Shown piece after piece: positions 23,707 to 24,267 of a stretch of DNA of 24,267 nucleotides (positions are counted from its first letter, which is position 1; each line of letters opens with the position of its first letter). This DNA comes from a virus. Lineage: Duplodnaviria; Caudoviricetes. The DNA lies in IMG/VR virus record IMGVR_UViG_3300013767_000182, positions 1 to 24,267 of that record, one strand, 5' to 3'. Position numbers and translations under genes: made by a program. The notes under the pieces were generated by a model. That model made no database searches and had not been told where the DNA came from. It saw only the letters and a list, made by a program, of their open reading frames with translations.

Positions 23707-24144
23707 ATGGACAAGCACCGCGACCCGACCGTTCCCGATCTTCGTCCCACGCCTTGGCTGAGGCGCATCAACCTACGAGGTCAGGCGCGCTTGCTGCTCG
23801 TCACGATCCCGTTCACCATCGCGATCGGCTGGTGGGGATCGAGAGCCAACGAGGACTGCGCCAAAGGGATCCTCGAGGACACGCTCGGTGTGCCATCATC
23901 CGCGCGCTACATCTCGTTCGACATGCTGGCGAAAGAAGACCACTGGCGGATGCAGCGTGTGGTCTTCGAGGTCGGCGACTCCCGACACGGCGTGTGCCTC
24001 ACCTATCGCCTCGAGGACGGCCAGTACAAGTGGCGCCGCAACGAGGGCGTTCGGGACTGCGACACGCCTCCGTCGGCGGAAGAGATCGCGCTGCTCAAGC
24101 GGCTCAACGGCTGGCCAGGCGTCGCGACCGCCTCCGCCGACTAG
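23707..24144 (+). CDS. Hypothetical membrane-anchored protein (145 aa)
   Basis: ATG at 23707. One hydrophobic segment (LLLVTIPFTIAIGWW) after basic residues, then a beta-rich domain with three Cys. GC3 bias. Confidence 0.75.
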   Translation: MDKHRDPTVPDLRPTPWLRRINLRGQARLLLVTIPFTIAIGWWGSRANEDCAKGILEDTLGVPSSARYISFDMLAKEDHWRMQRVVFEVGDSRHGVCLTYRLEDGQYKWRRNEGVRDCDTPPSAEEIALLKRLNGWPGVATASAD

Positions 24145-24267
24145 ACCGCTTCGCGTTTGAAGCGATCGAGAAAGTTGCGCCGGCTGATCCGACGTGATCG
24201 AACATAAGGATGGCGAACCTCTCGATTGATCTTCGGCGGCGCATCGTCGAGGCATACCGAGCAGAGC
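24142..24267 (+). mobile_element. Left end of an IS630-family insertion sequence (truncated)
   Basis: Begins at CTAG (TA-containing target typical of IS630), followed by an ORF with the family N-terminus. Confidence 0.75.
24210..24267 (+). CDS. IS630-family transposase N-terminus, partial
   Basis: MANLSIDLRRRIVEAYRAE matches the 'S.DLR.R(V/I)V.A' HTH start of IS630 transposases. Confidence 0.78.
   Translation, partial: MANLSIDLRRRIVEAYRAE

Noticed and set aside
1-24267. CRISPR arrays, tRNA or rRNA genes
   Set aside because: No regularly spaced repeats or recognisable RNA gene signatures seen, and the intergenic gaps are short.

Overview
High-GC window that is almost entirely one minus-strand, translationally coupled virion morphogenesis cluster of a contractile-tailed phage-like element. 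In transcription order it encodes a ParB-fused DNA methyltransferase, TerS, TerL, a Mu gp29-like portal, a beta-rich protein, a Mu-like protease/scaffold, a decoration protein, the major capsid protein, gp36/gpG/gp37/gp38-like neck proteins, sheath, tube, a frameshifting tail chaperone, a short tape measure, a Mu-like baseplate (gpN, gpP, gp45-48) and a short fibre-like protein. No integrase, replication, repressor or lysis genes are visible. Several core structural proteins appear to carry extra domains, and a small antisense gene splits the head operon. The left edge looks like the right end of a RIT (recombinase-in-trio) element abutting a perfect 32-bp palindrome built from the same motif. 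The right edge is the start of an IS630-family element. All family assignments come from motif recognition and gene order, not database searches.
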